Source of the DNA: Eledone cirrhosa
Lineage: Eukaryota
Direction of reading: 5' to 3'
NCBI GenBank assembly: GCA_964016885.1
Contig: OZ024740.1
Location: 137,454,001 to 137,518,000 of the forward strand
Length of the DNA: 64,000 nt
Shown here: piece after piece, positions 37,801-52,300 of the stretch
Layout: every line of letters begins with the position of its first letter
Position numbering within the stretch: position 1 is the stretch's first letter
Notes under the pieces: model-generated
What the model was told of the DNA's origin: nothing
The model's database searches: none
What the model saw: only the letters and a program-made list of their open reading frames with translations
Made by a program: the position numbers and the translations under genes

Positions 37801-40800
37801 CTTATCCCTTTTCTCTCATTCTCCAATTCTGTCTTTCTTTTCTCACTTTTCCCCCAATCTCCAATTCTCTCTTTCTTTTCACACTTTTCCCCCAATCTCC
37901 AATTCTCTCTTTCTCTTATCCCTTTTCTCTCAATCTCCAATTCTCTCTTTCTCTTATCACTTTTCCCCCAATCTCCAATTCTCTCTTTCTCTCATCACTT
38001 TTCTCTCAATCTCCAATTCTCTCTTTCTCTTATCACTTTTCCCCCAATCTCCAATTCTCTCTTTCTCTTATCCCTTTTCTCTCAATCTCCAATTCTCTCT
38101 TTATTTTCTCACTTTTCCCCCAATCTCCAATTCTCTCTTTCTCTTATCACTTTTCTCTCAATCTCCAATTCTCTCTTTCTCTTATCACTTTTCTCTCAAT
38201 CTCCAATTCTCTCTTTCTCAAATCACTTTTCTCTCAATCTCCAATTCTCTCTTTCTCTTATCACTTTTCTCTCAATCTCCAATTCCCTCTTTCTCTTATC
38301 ACTTTTCTCTCAATCTCTAATTCTCTCTTTCTCTTATCACTTTTCTCTCAATCTCCAATTCTCTCTTTCACTTATCACTTTTCTCTCAATCTCCAATTCT
38401 CTCTTTCTCTTATCACTTTTCCCCCCAATCTCCAATTCTCTCTTTCTCTTATCACTTTTCTCTCACTCTCCAATTCTCTCTTTCTCTTATGACTTTTCCC
38501 CCAATCTCCAATTCTCTCTTTCTCTTATCACTTTCCCCCAATCTCCAATTCTCTCTTTCTATTATCACTTTTCTCTCAATCTCCAATTCTCTCTTTCTCT
38601 TATCACATTTCTCTCAATCTCCAATTCTCTCTTTCTCTTATCACTTTTCCCCCCAATCTCCAATTCTCTCTTTCTCTTATCACTTTTCCCTCAATCTCCA
38701 ATTCTCTCTTTCTCTTATCACTTTTCTCTCAATCTCCAATTCTCTCTTTCTCTTATCACTTTTCTCTCAATCTCCAATTCTCTCTTTCTCTTATCACTTT
38801 TCTCTCAATCTCTAATTCTCTCTTTCTCTTATCACTTTTCTCTCAATCTCCAATTCTCTCTTTCTCTTCTCACTTTTTCCCCAATCTCCAATTCTCTCTT
38901 TCTCTTCTCACATTTTTCCCAATCTCCAATTCTCTCTTTCTCTCATCACGTTTCTCTCAATCTCCAATTCTCTCTTTCTCTCCTCACTTTTCTCTGAATC
39001 TCCAATTCTCTCTTTATCTTCTCACTTTTCTCTCAATCTCCAATCCTCTCTTTCTATTCTCAGTTTACTCCCAATCTCCAATTCTCTCTTTCTCTTATCA
39101 CTTTTCCCCCAATCTCCAATTCACTCTTTCTATTATTACTTTTCTCTCAATCTCCAATTCTCTCTTTCTCTTATCACCTTTCCCCCAATCTCCAATTCTC
39201 TCTTTCTCTTATCTCTTTTCTCTCAATCTCCAATTCTCTCTTTCTCTTATCACTTTTCCCCCAATCTCCAATTCTCTCTTTCACTTATCACTTTTTTCTC
39301 AATCTCCAATTCTCTCTTTCTCTTATCACTTTTCTCTCAATCTCCAATTCTCTCTTTCTCTTATCACTTTTCCCCCAATCTCCAATTCTCTCTTTCTATT
39401 ATCACTTTTCTGTCAATCTCCAATTCTCTCTTTCTCTTATCACTTTTCTCTCCATCTCCAAGTCTGTCTTTCTCTTATCACTTTTCTCTCAATCTCCAAA
39501 TCTCTCTTTCTCTTCTCACTTTTCTCTCCATCTCCAATTCTCTCTTTCTATTATCACTTTTCTCTCAATCTCCAATTCTCTCTTTCTCTTATCACCTTTC
39601 CCCCAATCTCCAATTCTCTCTTTCTCTTACCACTTTTCTCTCAATCTCCAATTCTCTCTTTCTCTTATGACTTTTCCCTCAATCTCCAATTCTCTCTTTC
39701 TCTTATCACTTTCCCCCAATCTCCAATTCTCTCTTTCTATTATCACTTTTCTCTCAATCTCCAATTCTCTCTTTCTCTTATCACTTTTCTCTCCATCTCC
39801 AATTCTCTCTTTCTCTTATCACTTTTCTCTCAATCTCCAAATCTCTCTTTCTATTCTCACTTTTCCCCCAATCTCCAATTCTCTCTTTCTCTTCTCACTT
39901 TTCCCCCAATCTCCAATTCTCTCTTTCTCTCATCACTTTTCTCTCAATCTCCAATTCTCTCTTTCTCTTATCACTTTTCTCTCAATCTCCAATTCTCTCT
40001 TTCTCTTATCACTTTTCCCCCATCTCCAATTCTCTCTTTCTCTTATCACTTTTCTCTCAATCTCCAATTCTCTCTTTCTCTTATCACATTTCTCTCAATC
40101 TCCAATTCTCTCTTTCTCTTATCACTTTTCCCCCCAATCTCCAATTCTCTCTTTCTCTTATCACTTTTCTCTCACTCTCCAATTCTCTCTTTCTCTTATG
40201 ACTTTTCCACCAATCTCCAATTCTCTCTTTCTCTTATGGCTTTTCTCTCAATCTCCAATTCTCTCTTTCTTTTCTCACTTTTCCCCCAATCTCCAATTCT
40301 CTCTTTCTCTTCACAATTTTCCCCCAATCTCCAATTCTCTCTTTCTCTTATCACTTTTCCCCCAATCTCCAATTCTCTCTTTCTCTTATCCCTTTTCTCT
40401 CAATCTCCAATTCTCTCAATCTCCAATTCCCTCTTTCTCTTATCACTTTTCTCTCAATCTCTAATTCTCTCTTTCTCTCATTACTTTTCGCTCAATCTCC
40501 AATTCTCTCTTTCTCTTATCACTTTTCCCCCAATCTCCAATTCTCTCTTTCTCTTATCACTTTTCTCTCAATCTCCAATTCGCTCTTTCTCTTATCACTT
40601 TTCCCCCAATCTCCAATTCTCTCTTTCTCTTATCACTTTTCTCTCACTCTCCAATTCTCTATTTCTCTTATGACTTTTCCCCCAATCCCCAATTCTCTCT
40701 TTCTATTATCAATTTTCTCTCAATCTCCAATTCTTTCTTTCTCTAATCACTTTTCCCCCAATCTCCAATTCTCTCTCTTTCTCTTATCACTTTTCTCTCA

Positions 40801-43399
40801 ATCTCCAATTCTCTCTTTCTCTTATCACTTTTCCCCCAATCTCCAATTCTCTCTTTCTCTTCTCACTTTTCTCTGAATCTCCAATTCTCTCTTTGTCTTC
40901 TCACTTTTCTGTCAATCTCCAATCCTCTCTTTCTGTTCTCAGTTTACCCCCTATCTCCAATTCTCTCTTTCTCTAATCACTTTTCTCTCAATCTCCAATT
41001 CGCTCTTTCTCTTATCACTTTTCTCTCAACTCCAATTCTCTCTTTCTCTTATCACTTTTCCCCCATCTCCAATTCTCTCTTTCTCTTATCACATTTTTCC
41101 CAATCTCCAATTCTCTCTTTCTCTCATCACGTTCCTCTCAATCTCCAATTCTCTCTTTCTCTCCTCACTTTTCTCTGAATCTCCAATTCTCTCTTTATCT
41201 TCTCACTTTTCTCTCAATCTCCAATCCTCTCTTTCTATTCTCAGTTTACTCCCAATCTCCAATTCTCTCTTTCTCTTATCACTTTTCCCCCAATCTCCAA
41301 TTCACTCTTTCTATTATTACTTTTCTCTCAATCTCCAATTCTCTCTTTCTCTTATCACCTTTCCCCCAATCTCCAATTCTCTCTTTCTCTTATCTCTTTT
41401 CTCTCAATCTCCAATTCTCTCTTTCTCTTATCACTTTTCCCCCAATCTCCAATTCTCTCTTTCACTTATCACTTTTTTCTCAATCTCCAATTCTCTCTTT
41501 CTCTTATCACTTTTCTCTCAATCTCCAATTCTCTCTTTCTCTTATCACTTTTCCCCCAATCTCCAATTCTCTCTTTCTATTATCACTTTTCTGTCAATCT
41601 CCAATTCTCTCTTTCTCTTATCACTTTTCTCTCCATCTCCAAGTCTGTCTTTCTCTTATCACTTTTCTCTCAATCTCCAAATCTCTCTTTCTCTTCTCAC
41701 TTTTCCCCCAATCTCCAATTCTCTCTTTCTCTTATCACTTTTCTCCCAATCTCCAATTCTCTCTTTCTATTATCACTTTTCTCTCAATCTCCAATTCTCT
41801 CTTTCTCTTATCGCCTTTCCCCCAATCTCCAATTCTCTCTTTCTCTTATCACTTTTCTCTCAATCTCCAATTCACTCTTTCTCATATGACTTTTCCCTCA
41901 ATCTCCAATTCTCTCTTTCTCTTATCACTTTCCCCCAATCTCCAATTCTCTCTTTCTATTATCACTTTTCTCTCAATCTCCAATTCTCTCTTTCTCTTAT
42001 CACTTTTCTCTCCATCTCCAATTCTCTCTTTCTCTTATCACTTTTCTCTCAATCTCCAAATCTCTCTTTCTATTCTCACTTTTCCCCCAATCTCCAATTC
42101 TCTCTTTCTCTTCTCACTTTTCCCCCAATCTCCAATTCTCTCTTTCTCTCATCACTTTTCTCTCAATCTCCAATTCTCTCTTTCTCTTCTCACTTTTCCC
42201 CCAATCTCCAATTCTCTCTTTCTCTTATCACTTTTCTCCCAATCTCCAATTCTCTCTTTCTATTATCACTTTTCTCTCAATCTCCAATTCTCTCTTTCTC
42301 TTATCACCTTTCCCCCAATCTCCAATTCTCTCTTTCTCTTATCACTTTTCTCTCAATCTCCAATTCTCTCTTTCTCTTATGACTTTTCCCTCAATCTCCA
42401 ATTCTCTCTTTCTCTTATCACTTTCCCCCAATCTCCAATTCTCTCTTTCTCTTATCACTTTTCTCTCCATCTCCAATTCTCTCTTTCTCTTATCACTTTT
42501 CTCTCAATCTCCAAATCTCTCTTTCTATTCTCACTTTTCCCCCAATCTCCAATTCTCTCTTTCTCTTCTCACTTTTCCCCCAATCTCCAATTCTCTCTTT
42601 CTCTCATCACTTTTCTCTCAATCTCCAATTCTCTCTTTCTCTTATCACTTTTCTCTCAATCTCCAATTCTCTCTTTCTCTTATCACTTTTCCCCCATCTC
42701 CAATTCTCTCTTTCTCTTATCACTTTTCTCTCAATCTCCAATTCTCTCTTTCTCTTATCACATTTCTCTCAATCTCCAATTCTCTCTTTCTCTTATCACT
42801 TTTCTCTCACTCTCCAATTCTCTCTTTCTCTTATGACTTTTCCACCAATCTCCAATTCTCTCTTTCTCTTATGGCTTTTCTCTCAATCTCCAATTCTCTC
42901 TTTCTTTTCTCACTTTTCCCCCAATCTCCAATTCTCTCTTTCTCTTCACAATTTTCCCCCAATCTCCAATTCTCTCTTTCTCTTATCACTTTTCCCCCAA
43001 TCTCCAATTCTCTCTTTCTCTTATCCCTTTTCTCTCAATCTCCAATTCTCTCAATCTCCAATTCCCTCTTTCTCTTATCACTTTTCTCTCAATCTCTAAT
43101 TCTCTCTTTCTCTCATCACTTTTCGCTCAATCTCCAATTCTCTCTTTCTCTTATCACTTTTCCCCCAATCTCCAATTCTCTCTTTCTCTTATCACTTTTC
43201 TCTCAATCTCCAATTCGCTCTTTCTCTTATCACTTTTCCCCCAATCTCCAATTCTCTCTTTCTCTTATCACTTTTCTCTCACTCTCCAATTCTCTATTTC
43301 TCCTATGACTTTTCCCCCAATCCCCAATTCTCTCTTTCTATTATCAATTTTCTCTCAATCTCCAATTCTTTCTTTCTCTAATCACTTTTCCCCCAATCT

Positions 43400-46300
43400 A
43401 TCTCCAATTCTCTCTCTTTCTCTTATCACTTTTCTCTCAATCTCCAATTCTCTCTTTCTCTTATCACTTTTCCCCCAATCTCCAATTCTCTCTTTCTCTT
43501 CTCACTTTTCTCTGAATCTCCAATTCTCTCTTTGTCTTCTCACTTTTCTGTCAATCTCCAATCCTCTCTTTCTGTTCTCAGTTTACCCCCTATCTCCAAT
43601 TCTCTCTTTCTCTAATCACTTTTCTCTCAATCTCCAATTCGCTCTTTCTCTTATCACTTTTTTCTCAACTCCAATTCTCTCTTTCTCTTATCACTTTTCC
43701 CCCATCTCCAATTCTCTCTTTCTCTTATCACATTTTTCCCAATCTCCAATTCTCTCTTTCTCTCATCACGTTTCTCTCAATCTCCAATTCTCTCTTTCTC
43801 TCCTCACTTTTCTCTGAATCTCCAATTCTCTCTTTATCTTCTCACTTTTCTCTCAATCTCCAATCCTCTCTTTCTATTCTCAGTTTACTCCCAATCTCCA
43901 ATTCTCTCTTTCTCTTATCACTTTTCCCCCAATCTCCAATTCACTCTTTCTATTATTACTTTTCTCTCAATCTCCAATTCTCTCTTTCTCTTATCACCTT
44001 TCCCCCAATCTCCAATTCTCTCTTTCTCTTATCTCTTTTCTCTCAATCTCCAATTCTCTCTTTCTCTTATCACTTTTCCCCCAATCTCCAATTCTCTCTT
44101 TCACTTATCACTTTTTTCTCAATCTCCAATTCTCTCTTTCTCTTATCACTTTTCTCTCAATCTCCAATTCTCTCTTTCTCTTATCACTTTTCCCCCAATC
44201 TCCAATTCTCTCTTTCTATTATCACTTTTCTGTCAATCTCCAATTCTCTCTTTCTCTTATCACTTTTCTCTCCATCTCCAAGTCTGTCTTTCTCTTATCA
44301 CTTTTCTCTCAATCTCCAAATCTCTCTTTCTCTTCTCACTTTTCCCCCAATCTCCAATTCTCTCTTTCTCTTATCACTTTTCTCCCAATCTCCAATTCTC
44401 TCTTTCTATTATCACTTTTCTCTCAATCTCCAATTCTCTCTTTCTCTTATCACCTTTCCCCCAATCTCCAATTCTCTCTTTCTCTTATCACTTTTCTCTC
44501 AATCTCCAATTCTCTCTTTCTCATATGACTTTTCCCTCAATCTCCAATTCTCTCTTTCTCTTATCACTTTCCCCCAATCTCCAATTCTCTCTTTCTATTA
44601 TCACTTTTCTCTCAATCTCCAATTCTCTCTTTCTCTTATCACTTTTCTCTCCATCTCCAATTCTCTCTTTCTCTTATCACTTTTCTCTCAATCTCCAAAT
44701 CTCTCTTTCTATTCTCACTTTTCCCCCAATCTCCAATTCTCTCTTTCTCTTCTCACTTTTCCCCCAATCTCCAATTCTCTCTTTCTCTCATCACTTTTCT
44801 CTCAATCTCCAATTCTCTCTTTCTCTTATCACTTTTCCCCCATCTCCAATTCTCTCTTTCTCTTATCACTTTTCTCTCAATCTCCAATTCTCTCTTTCTC
44901 TTATCACATTTCTCTCAATCTCCAATTCTCTCTTTCTCTTATCACTTTTCCCCCCAATCTCCAAATCTCTCTTTCTCTTATCACTTTTCTCTCACTCTCC
45001 CATTCTCTCTTTCTATTATGACTTTTCCACCAATCTCCAATTCTCTCTTTCTCTTATGGCTTTTCTCTCAATCTCCAATTCTCTCTTTCTTTTCTCACTT
45101 TTCCCCCAATCTCCAATTCTCTCTTTCTCTTCACAATTTTCCCCCAATCTCCAATTCTCTCTTTCTCTTATCACTTTTCCCCTCAATCTCCAATTCTCTC
45201 TTTCTCTTATCCCTTTTCTCTCAATCTCCAATTCTCTCAATCTCCAATTCCCTCTTTCTCTTATCACTTTTCTCTCAATCTCCAATTCTCTCTTTCTCTT
45301 ATCACCTTTCCCCCAATCTCCAATTCTCTCTTTCTCTTATCACTTTTCTCTCAATCTCCAATTCTCTCTTTCTCATATGACTTTTCCCTCAATCTCCAAT
45401 TCTCTCTTTCTCTTATCACTTTCCCCCAATCTCCAATTCTCTCTTTCTATTATCACTTTTCTCTCAATCTCCAATTCTCTCTTTCTCTTATCACTTTTCT
45501 CTCCATCTCCAATTCTCTCTTTCTCTTATCACTTTTCTCTCAATCTCCAAATCTCTCTTTCTATTCTCACTTTTCCCCCAATCTCCAATTCTCTCTTTCT
45601 CTTCTCACTTTTCCCCCAATCTCCAATTCTCTCTTTCTCTCATCACTTTTCTCTCAATCTCCAATTCTCTCTTTCTCTTATCACTTTTCCCCCATCTCCA
45701 ATTCTCTCTTTCTCTTATCACTTTTCTCTCAATCTCCAATTCTCTCTTTCTCTTATCACATTTCTCTCAATCTCCAATTCTCTCTTTCTCTTATCACTTT
45801 TCCCCCCAATCTCCAATTCTCTCTTTCTCTTATCACTTTTCTCTCACTCTCCCATTCTCTCTTTCTATTATGACTTTTCCACCAATCTCCAATTCTCTCT
45901 TTCTCTTATGGCTTTTCTCTCAATCTCCAATTCTCTCTTTCTTTTCTCACTTTTCCCCCAATCTCCAATTCTCTCTTTCTCTTCACAATTTTCCCCCAAT
46001 CTCCAATTCTCTCTTTCTCTTATCACTTTTCCTCTCAATCTCCAATTCTCTCTTTCTCTTATCCCTTTTCTCTCAATCTCCAATTCTCTCAATCTCCAAT
46101 TCCCTCTTTCTCTTATCACTTTTCTCTCAATCTCTAATTCTCTCTTTCTCTCATCACTTTTCGCTCAATCTCCAATTCTCTCTTTCGCTTATCACTTTTC
46201 CCCCAATCTCCAATTCTCTCTTTCTCTTATCACTTTTCTCTCAATCTCCAATTCGCTCTTTCTCTTATCACTTTTCCCCCAATCTCCAATTCTCTCTTTC

Positions 46301-49300
46301 TCTTATCACTTTTCTCTCACTCTCCAATTCTCTATTTCTCTTATGACTTTTCCCCCAATCCCCAATTCTCTCTTTCTATTATCAATTTTCTCTCAATCTC
46401 CAATTCTTTCTTTCTCTAATCACTTTTCCCCCAATCTCCAATTCTCTCTCTTTCTCTTATCACTTTTCTCTCAATCTCCAATTCTCTCTTTCTCTTATCA
46501 CTTTTCCCCCAATCTCCAATTCTCTCTTTCTCTTCTCACTTTTCTCTGAATCTCCAATTCTCTCTTTGTCTTCTCACTTTTCTGTCAATCTCCAATCCTC
46601 TCTTTCTGTTCTCAGTTTACCCCCTATCTCCAATTCTCTCTTTCTCTAATCACTTTTCTCTCAATCTCCAATTCGCTCTTTCTCTTATCACTTTTCTCTC
46701 AACTCCAATTCTCTCTTTCTCTTATCACTTTTCCCCCATCTCCAATTCTCTCTTTCTCTTATCACTTTTCTCTCAATCTCCAATTCTCTCTTTCTCTTAT
46801 CACTTTTCTCTCAATCTCCAATTCTCTCTTTCTCTTATCACCTTTCTCTCAATCTCCAATTCTCTCTTTCTCTTATCACTTTTCTCTCAATCTCCAATTC
46901 TCTCTTTCTCTTATCACTTTTCTCTCAATCTCCAATTCTCTCTTTCTCTTATCACTTTTCCCCCAATCTCCAATTCTCTCTTTCTCTTATCAATTTTCTC
47001 TCAATCTCCAATTCTTTCTTTCTCTAATCACTTTTCCCCCAATCTCCAATTCTCTCTTTCTCTTATCATATTTCTCTCAATCTCCAATTCTCCTTTTCAC
47101 TTATCACTTTTTCTCAATCTCCATTTCTCTCTTTCTCTTCTCACTCTTCCCCCAATCTCTAATTCTCTCTTTCTCTTCTCACATTTCCCCCAATCTCCAA
47201 TTCTCTCTTTCTCTCATCACTTTTCTCTCAATCTCCAATTCTCTCTTTCTGTTATCAATTTTCTCTCAATCTCCAATTCTTTCTTTCTCTTATCACTTTT
47301 CTCTCAATCTCCAATTCTCTCTTTCACTTATCACTTTTTTCTCAATCTCCAATTCTCTCTTTCTCTTATCACTTTTCTCTCAATCTCCAATTCTCTCTTT
47401 CTCTTATCACTTTTCCCCCAATCTCCAATTCTCTCTTTCTATTATCACTTTTCTCTCCATCTCCAAGTCTCTCTTTCTCTTATCACTTTTCTCTCAATCT
47501 CCAAATCTCTCTTTCTCTTCTCACTTTTCTCCCAATCTCCAATTCTCTCTTTCTCTTCTCACTTTTCCCCCAATCTCCAATTCTCTCTTTCTCTCATCAC
47601 TTTTCTCTCAATCTCCAATTCTCTCTTTCTCTTATCACTTTTCTCTCAATCTCCAATTCTCTCTTTCTCTTATCACTTTTCCCCCATCTCCAATTCTCTC
47701 TTTCTCTTATCACTTTTCTCTCAATCTCCAATTCTCTCTTTCCCTTATCACTTTTCTCTCAATCTCCAATTCTCTCTTTCTCAAATCACTTTTCTCTCAA
47801 TCTCCTATTCTCTCTTTCTCTTATCACTTTTCTCTCCATCTCCAAGTCTCTCTTTCTCTTATCACTTTCTCTCAATCTCCAAATCTCTCTTTCTCTTCTC
47901 ACTTTTCTCCCAATCTCCAATTCTCTCTTCCTCTTCTCACTTTTCCCCCAATCTCCAATTCTCTCTTTCTCTCATCACTTTTCTCTCAATCTCCAATTCT
48001 CTCTTTCTCTTATCACTTTTCTCTCAATCTCCAATTCTCTCTTTCTCTTATCACTTTTCCCCCATCTCCAATTCTCTCTTTCTTTTCTCACTTTTCCCCC
48101 AACCTCCAATTCTCTCTTTCTCTTCACACTTTTCCCCCAATCTCCAATTCTCTCTTTCTCTTATCACTTTCCCCCAATCTCTAATTCTCTCTTTCTCTAA
48201 TCCCTTTTCTCTCAATCTCCAATTCTCTCTTTCTTTTCTCACTTTTCCCCCAATCTCCAATTCTCTCTTTCTCTTATCACTTTTCTCCCAATCTCCAATT
48301 CTCTCTTTCTATTATCACTTTTCTCTCAATCTCCAATTCTCTCTTTCTCTTATCACCTTTCCCCCAATCTCCAATTCTCTCTTTCTCTTATCACTTTTCT
48401 CTCAATCTCCAATTCTCTCTTTCTCATATGACTTTTCCCTCAATCTCCAATTCTCTCTTTCTCTTATCACTTTCCCCCAATCTCCAATTCTCTCTTTCTA
48501 TTATCACTTTTCTCTCAATCTCCAATTCTCTCTTTCTCTTATCACTTTTCTCTCCATCTCCAATTCTCTCTTTCTCTTATCACTTTTCTCTCAATCTCCA
48601 AATCTCTCTTTCTATTCTCACTTTTCCCCCAATCTCCAATTCTCTCTTTCTCTTCTCACTTTTCCCCCAATCTCCAATTCTCTCTTTCTCTCATCACTTT
48701 TCTCTCAATCTCCAATTCTCTCTTTCTCTTATCACTTTTCCCCCATCTCCAATTCTCTCTTTCTCTTATCACTTTTCTCTCAATCTCCAATTCTCTCTTT
48801 CTCTTATCACATTTCTCTCAATCTCCAATTCTCTCTTTCTCTTATCACTTTTCCCCCCAATCTCCAATTCTCTCTTTCTCTTATCACCTTTCTCTCACTC
48901 TCCCATTCTCTCTTTCTATTATGACTTTTCCACCAATCTCCAATTCTCTCTTTCTCTTATGGCTTTTCTCTCAATCTCCAATTCTCTCTTTCTTTTCTCA
49001 CTTTTCCCCCAATCTCCAATTCTCTCTTTCTCTTCACAATTTTCCCCCAATCTCCAATTCTCTCTTTCTCTTATCACTTTTCCCCTCAATCTCCAATTCT
49101 CTCTTTCTCTTATCCCTTTTCTCTCAATCTCCAATTCTCTCAATCTCCAATTCCCTCTTTCTCTTATCACTTTTCTCTCAATCTCCAATTCTCTCTTTCT
49201 CTTATCACCTTTCCCCCAATCTCCAATTCTCTCTTTCTCTTATCACTTTTCTCTCAATCTCCAATTCTCTCTTTCTCATATGACTTTTCCCTCAATCTCC

Positions 49301-52300
49301 AATTCTCTCTTTCTCTTATCACTTTCCCCCAATCTCCAATTCTCTCTTTCTATTATCACTTTTCTCTCAATCTCCAATTCTCTCTTTCTCTTATCACTTT
49401 TCTCTCCATCTCCAATTCTCTCTTTCTCTTATCACTTTTCTCTCAATCTCCAAATCTCTCTTTCTATTCTCACTTTTCCCCCAATCTCCAATTCTCTCTT
49501 TCTCTTCTCACTTTTCCCCCAATCTCCAATTCTCTCTTTCTCTCATCACTTTTCTCTCAATCTCCAATTCTCTCTTTCTCTTATCACTTTTCCCCCATCT
49601 CCAATTCTCTCTTTCTCTTATCACTTTTCTCTCAATCTCCAATTCTCTCTTTCTCTTATCACATTTCTCTCAATCTCCAATTCTCTCTTTCTCTTATCAC
49701 TTTTCCCCCCAATCTCCAATTCTCTCTTTCTCTTATCACTTTTCTCTCACTCTCCCATTCTCTCTTTCTATTATGACTTTTCCACCAATCTCCAATTCTC
49801 TCTTTCTCTTATGGCTTTTCTCTCAATCTCCAATTCTCTCTTTCTTTTCTCACTTTTCCCCCAATCTCCAATTCTCTCTTTCTCTTCACAATTTTCCCCC
49901 AATCTCCAATTCTCTCTTTCTCTTATCACTTTTCCCCTCAATCTCCAATTCTCTCTTTCTCTTATCCCTTTTCTCTCAATCTCCAATTCTCTCAATCTCC
50001 AATTCCCTCTTTCTCTTATCACTTTTCTCTCAATCTCTAATTCTCTCTTTCTCTCATCACTTTTCGCTCAATCTCCAATTCTCTCTTTCGCTTATCACTT
50101 TTCCCCCAATCTCCAATTCTCTCTTTCTCTTATCACTTTTCTCTCAATCTCCAATTCGCTCTTTCTCTTATCACTTTTCCCCCAATCTCCAATTCTCTCT
50201 TTCTCTTATCACTTTTCTCTCACTCTCCAATTCTCTATTTCTCTTATGACTTTTCCCCCAATCCCCAATTCTCTCTTTCTATTATCAATTTTCTCTCAAT
50301 CTCCAATTCTTTCTTTCTCTAATCACTTTTCCCCCAATCTCCAATTCTCTCTCTTTCTCTTATCACTTTTCTCTCAATCTCCAATTCTCTCTTTCTCTTA
50401 TCACTTTTCCCCCAATCTCCAATTCTCTCTTTGTCTTCTCACTTTTCTGTCAATCTCCAATCCTCTCTTTCTGTTCTCAGTTTACCCCCTATCTCCAATT
50501 CTCTCTTTCTCTAATCACTTTTCTCTCAATCTCCAATTCGCTCTTTCTCTTATCACTTTTCTCTCAACTCCAATTCTCTCTTTCTCTTATCACTTTTCCC
50601 CCATCTCCAATTCTCTCTTTCTCTTATCACTTTTCTCTCAATCTCCAATTCTCTCTTTCTCTTATCACTTTTCTCTCAATCTCCAATTCTCTCTTTCTCT
50701 TATCACCTTTCTCTCAATCTCCAATTCTCTCTTTCTCTTATCACTTTTCTCTCAATCTCCAATTCTCTCTTTCTCTTATCACTTTTCTCTCAATCTCCAA
50801 TTCTCTCTTTCTCTTATCACTTTTCCCCCAATCTCCAATTCTCTCTTTCTCTTATCAATTTTCTCTCAATCTCCAATTCTTTCTTTCTCTAATCACTTTT
50901 CCCCCAATCTCCAATTCTCTCTTTCTCTTATCATATTTCTCTCAATCTCCAATTCTCCTTTTCACTTATCACTTTTTCTCAATCTCCATTTCTCTCTTTC
51001 TCTTCTCACTCTTCCCCCAATCTCTAATTCTCTCTTTCTCTTCTCACATTTCCCCCAATCTCCAATTCTCTCTTTCTCTCATCACTTTTCTCTCAATCTC
51101 CAATTCTCTCTTTCTGTTATCAATTTTCTCTCAATCTCCAATTCTTTCTTTCTCTTATCACTTTTCTCTCAATCTCCAATTCTCTCTTTCACTTATCACT
51201 TTTTTCTCAATCTCCAATTCTCTCTTTCTCTTATCACTTTTCTCTCAATCTCCAATTCTCTCTTTCTCTTATCACTTTTCCCCCAATCTCCAATTCTCTC
51301 TTTCTATTATCACTTTTCTCTCCATCTCCAAGTCTCTCTTTCTCTTATCACTTTTCTCTCAATCTCCAAATCTCTCTTTCTCTTCTCACTTTTCTCCCAA
51401 TCTCCAATTCTCTCTTTCTCTTCTCACTTTTCCCCCAATCTCCAATTCTCTCTTTCTCTCATCACTTTTCTCTCAATCTCCAATTCTCTCTTTCTCTTAT
51501 CACTTTTCTCTCAATCTCCAATTCTCTCTTTCTCTTATCACTTTTCCCCCATCTCCAATTCTCTCTTTCTCTTATCACTTTTCTCTCAATCTCCAATTCT
51601 CTCTTTCCCTTATCACTTTTCTCTCAATCTCCAATTCTCTCTTTCTCAAATCACTTTTCTCTCAATCTCCTATTCTCTCTTTCTCTTATCACTTTTCTCT
51701 CCATCTCCAAGTCTCTCTTTCTCTTATCACTTTCTCTCAATCTCCAAATCTCTCTTTCTCTTCTCACTTTTCTCCCAATCTCCAATTCTCTCTTCCTCTT
51801 CTCACTTTTCCCCCAATCTCCAATTCTCTCTTTCTCTCATCACTTTTCTCTCAATCTCCAATTCTCTCTTTCTCTTATCACTTTTCTCTCAATCTCCAAT
51901 TCTCTCTTTCTCTTATCACTTTTCCCCCATCTCCAATTCTCTCTTTCTTTTCTCACTTTTCCCCCAACCTCCAATTCTCTCTTTCTCTTCACACTTTTCC
52001 CCCAATCTCCAATTCTCTCTTTCTCTTATCACTTTCCCCCAATCTCCAATTCTTTCTTTCTCTAATCACTTTTCCCCCAATCTCCAATTCTCTCTCTTTC
52101 TCTTATCACTTTTCTCTCAATCTCCAATTCTCTCTTTCTCTTATCACTTTTCCCCCAATCTCCAATTCTCTCTTTCTCTTCTCACTTTTCTCTGAATCTC
52201 CAATTCTCTCTTTGTCTTCTCACTTTTCTGTCAATCTCCAATCCTCTCTTTCTGTTCTCAGTTTACCCCCTATCTCCAATTCTCTCTTTCTCTAATCACT

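Noticed and set aside
43395-43420. 4-bp ATCT duplication and 40-bp monomers with an extra TC (e.g. ~9740, 24550, 40775)
   Set aside because: These are ordinary slippage variants, useful only as lineage markers.
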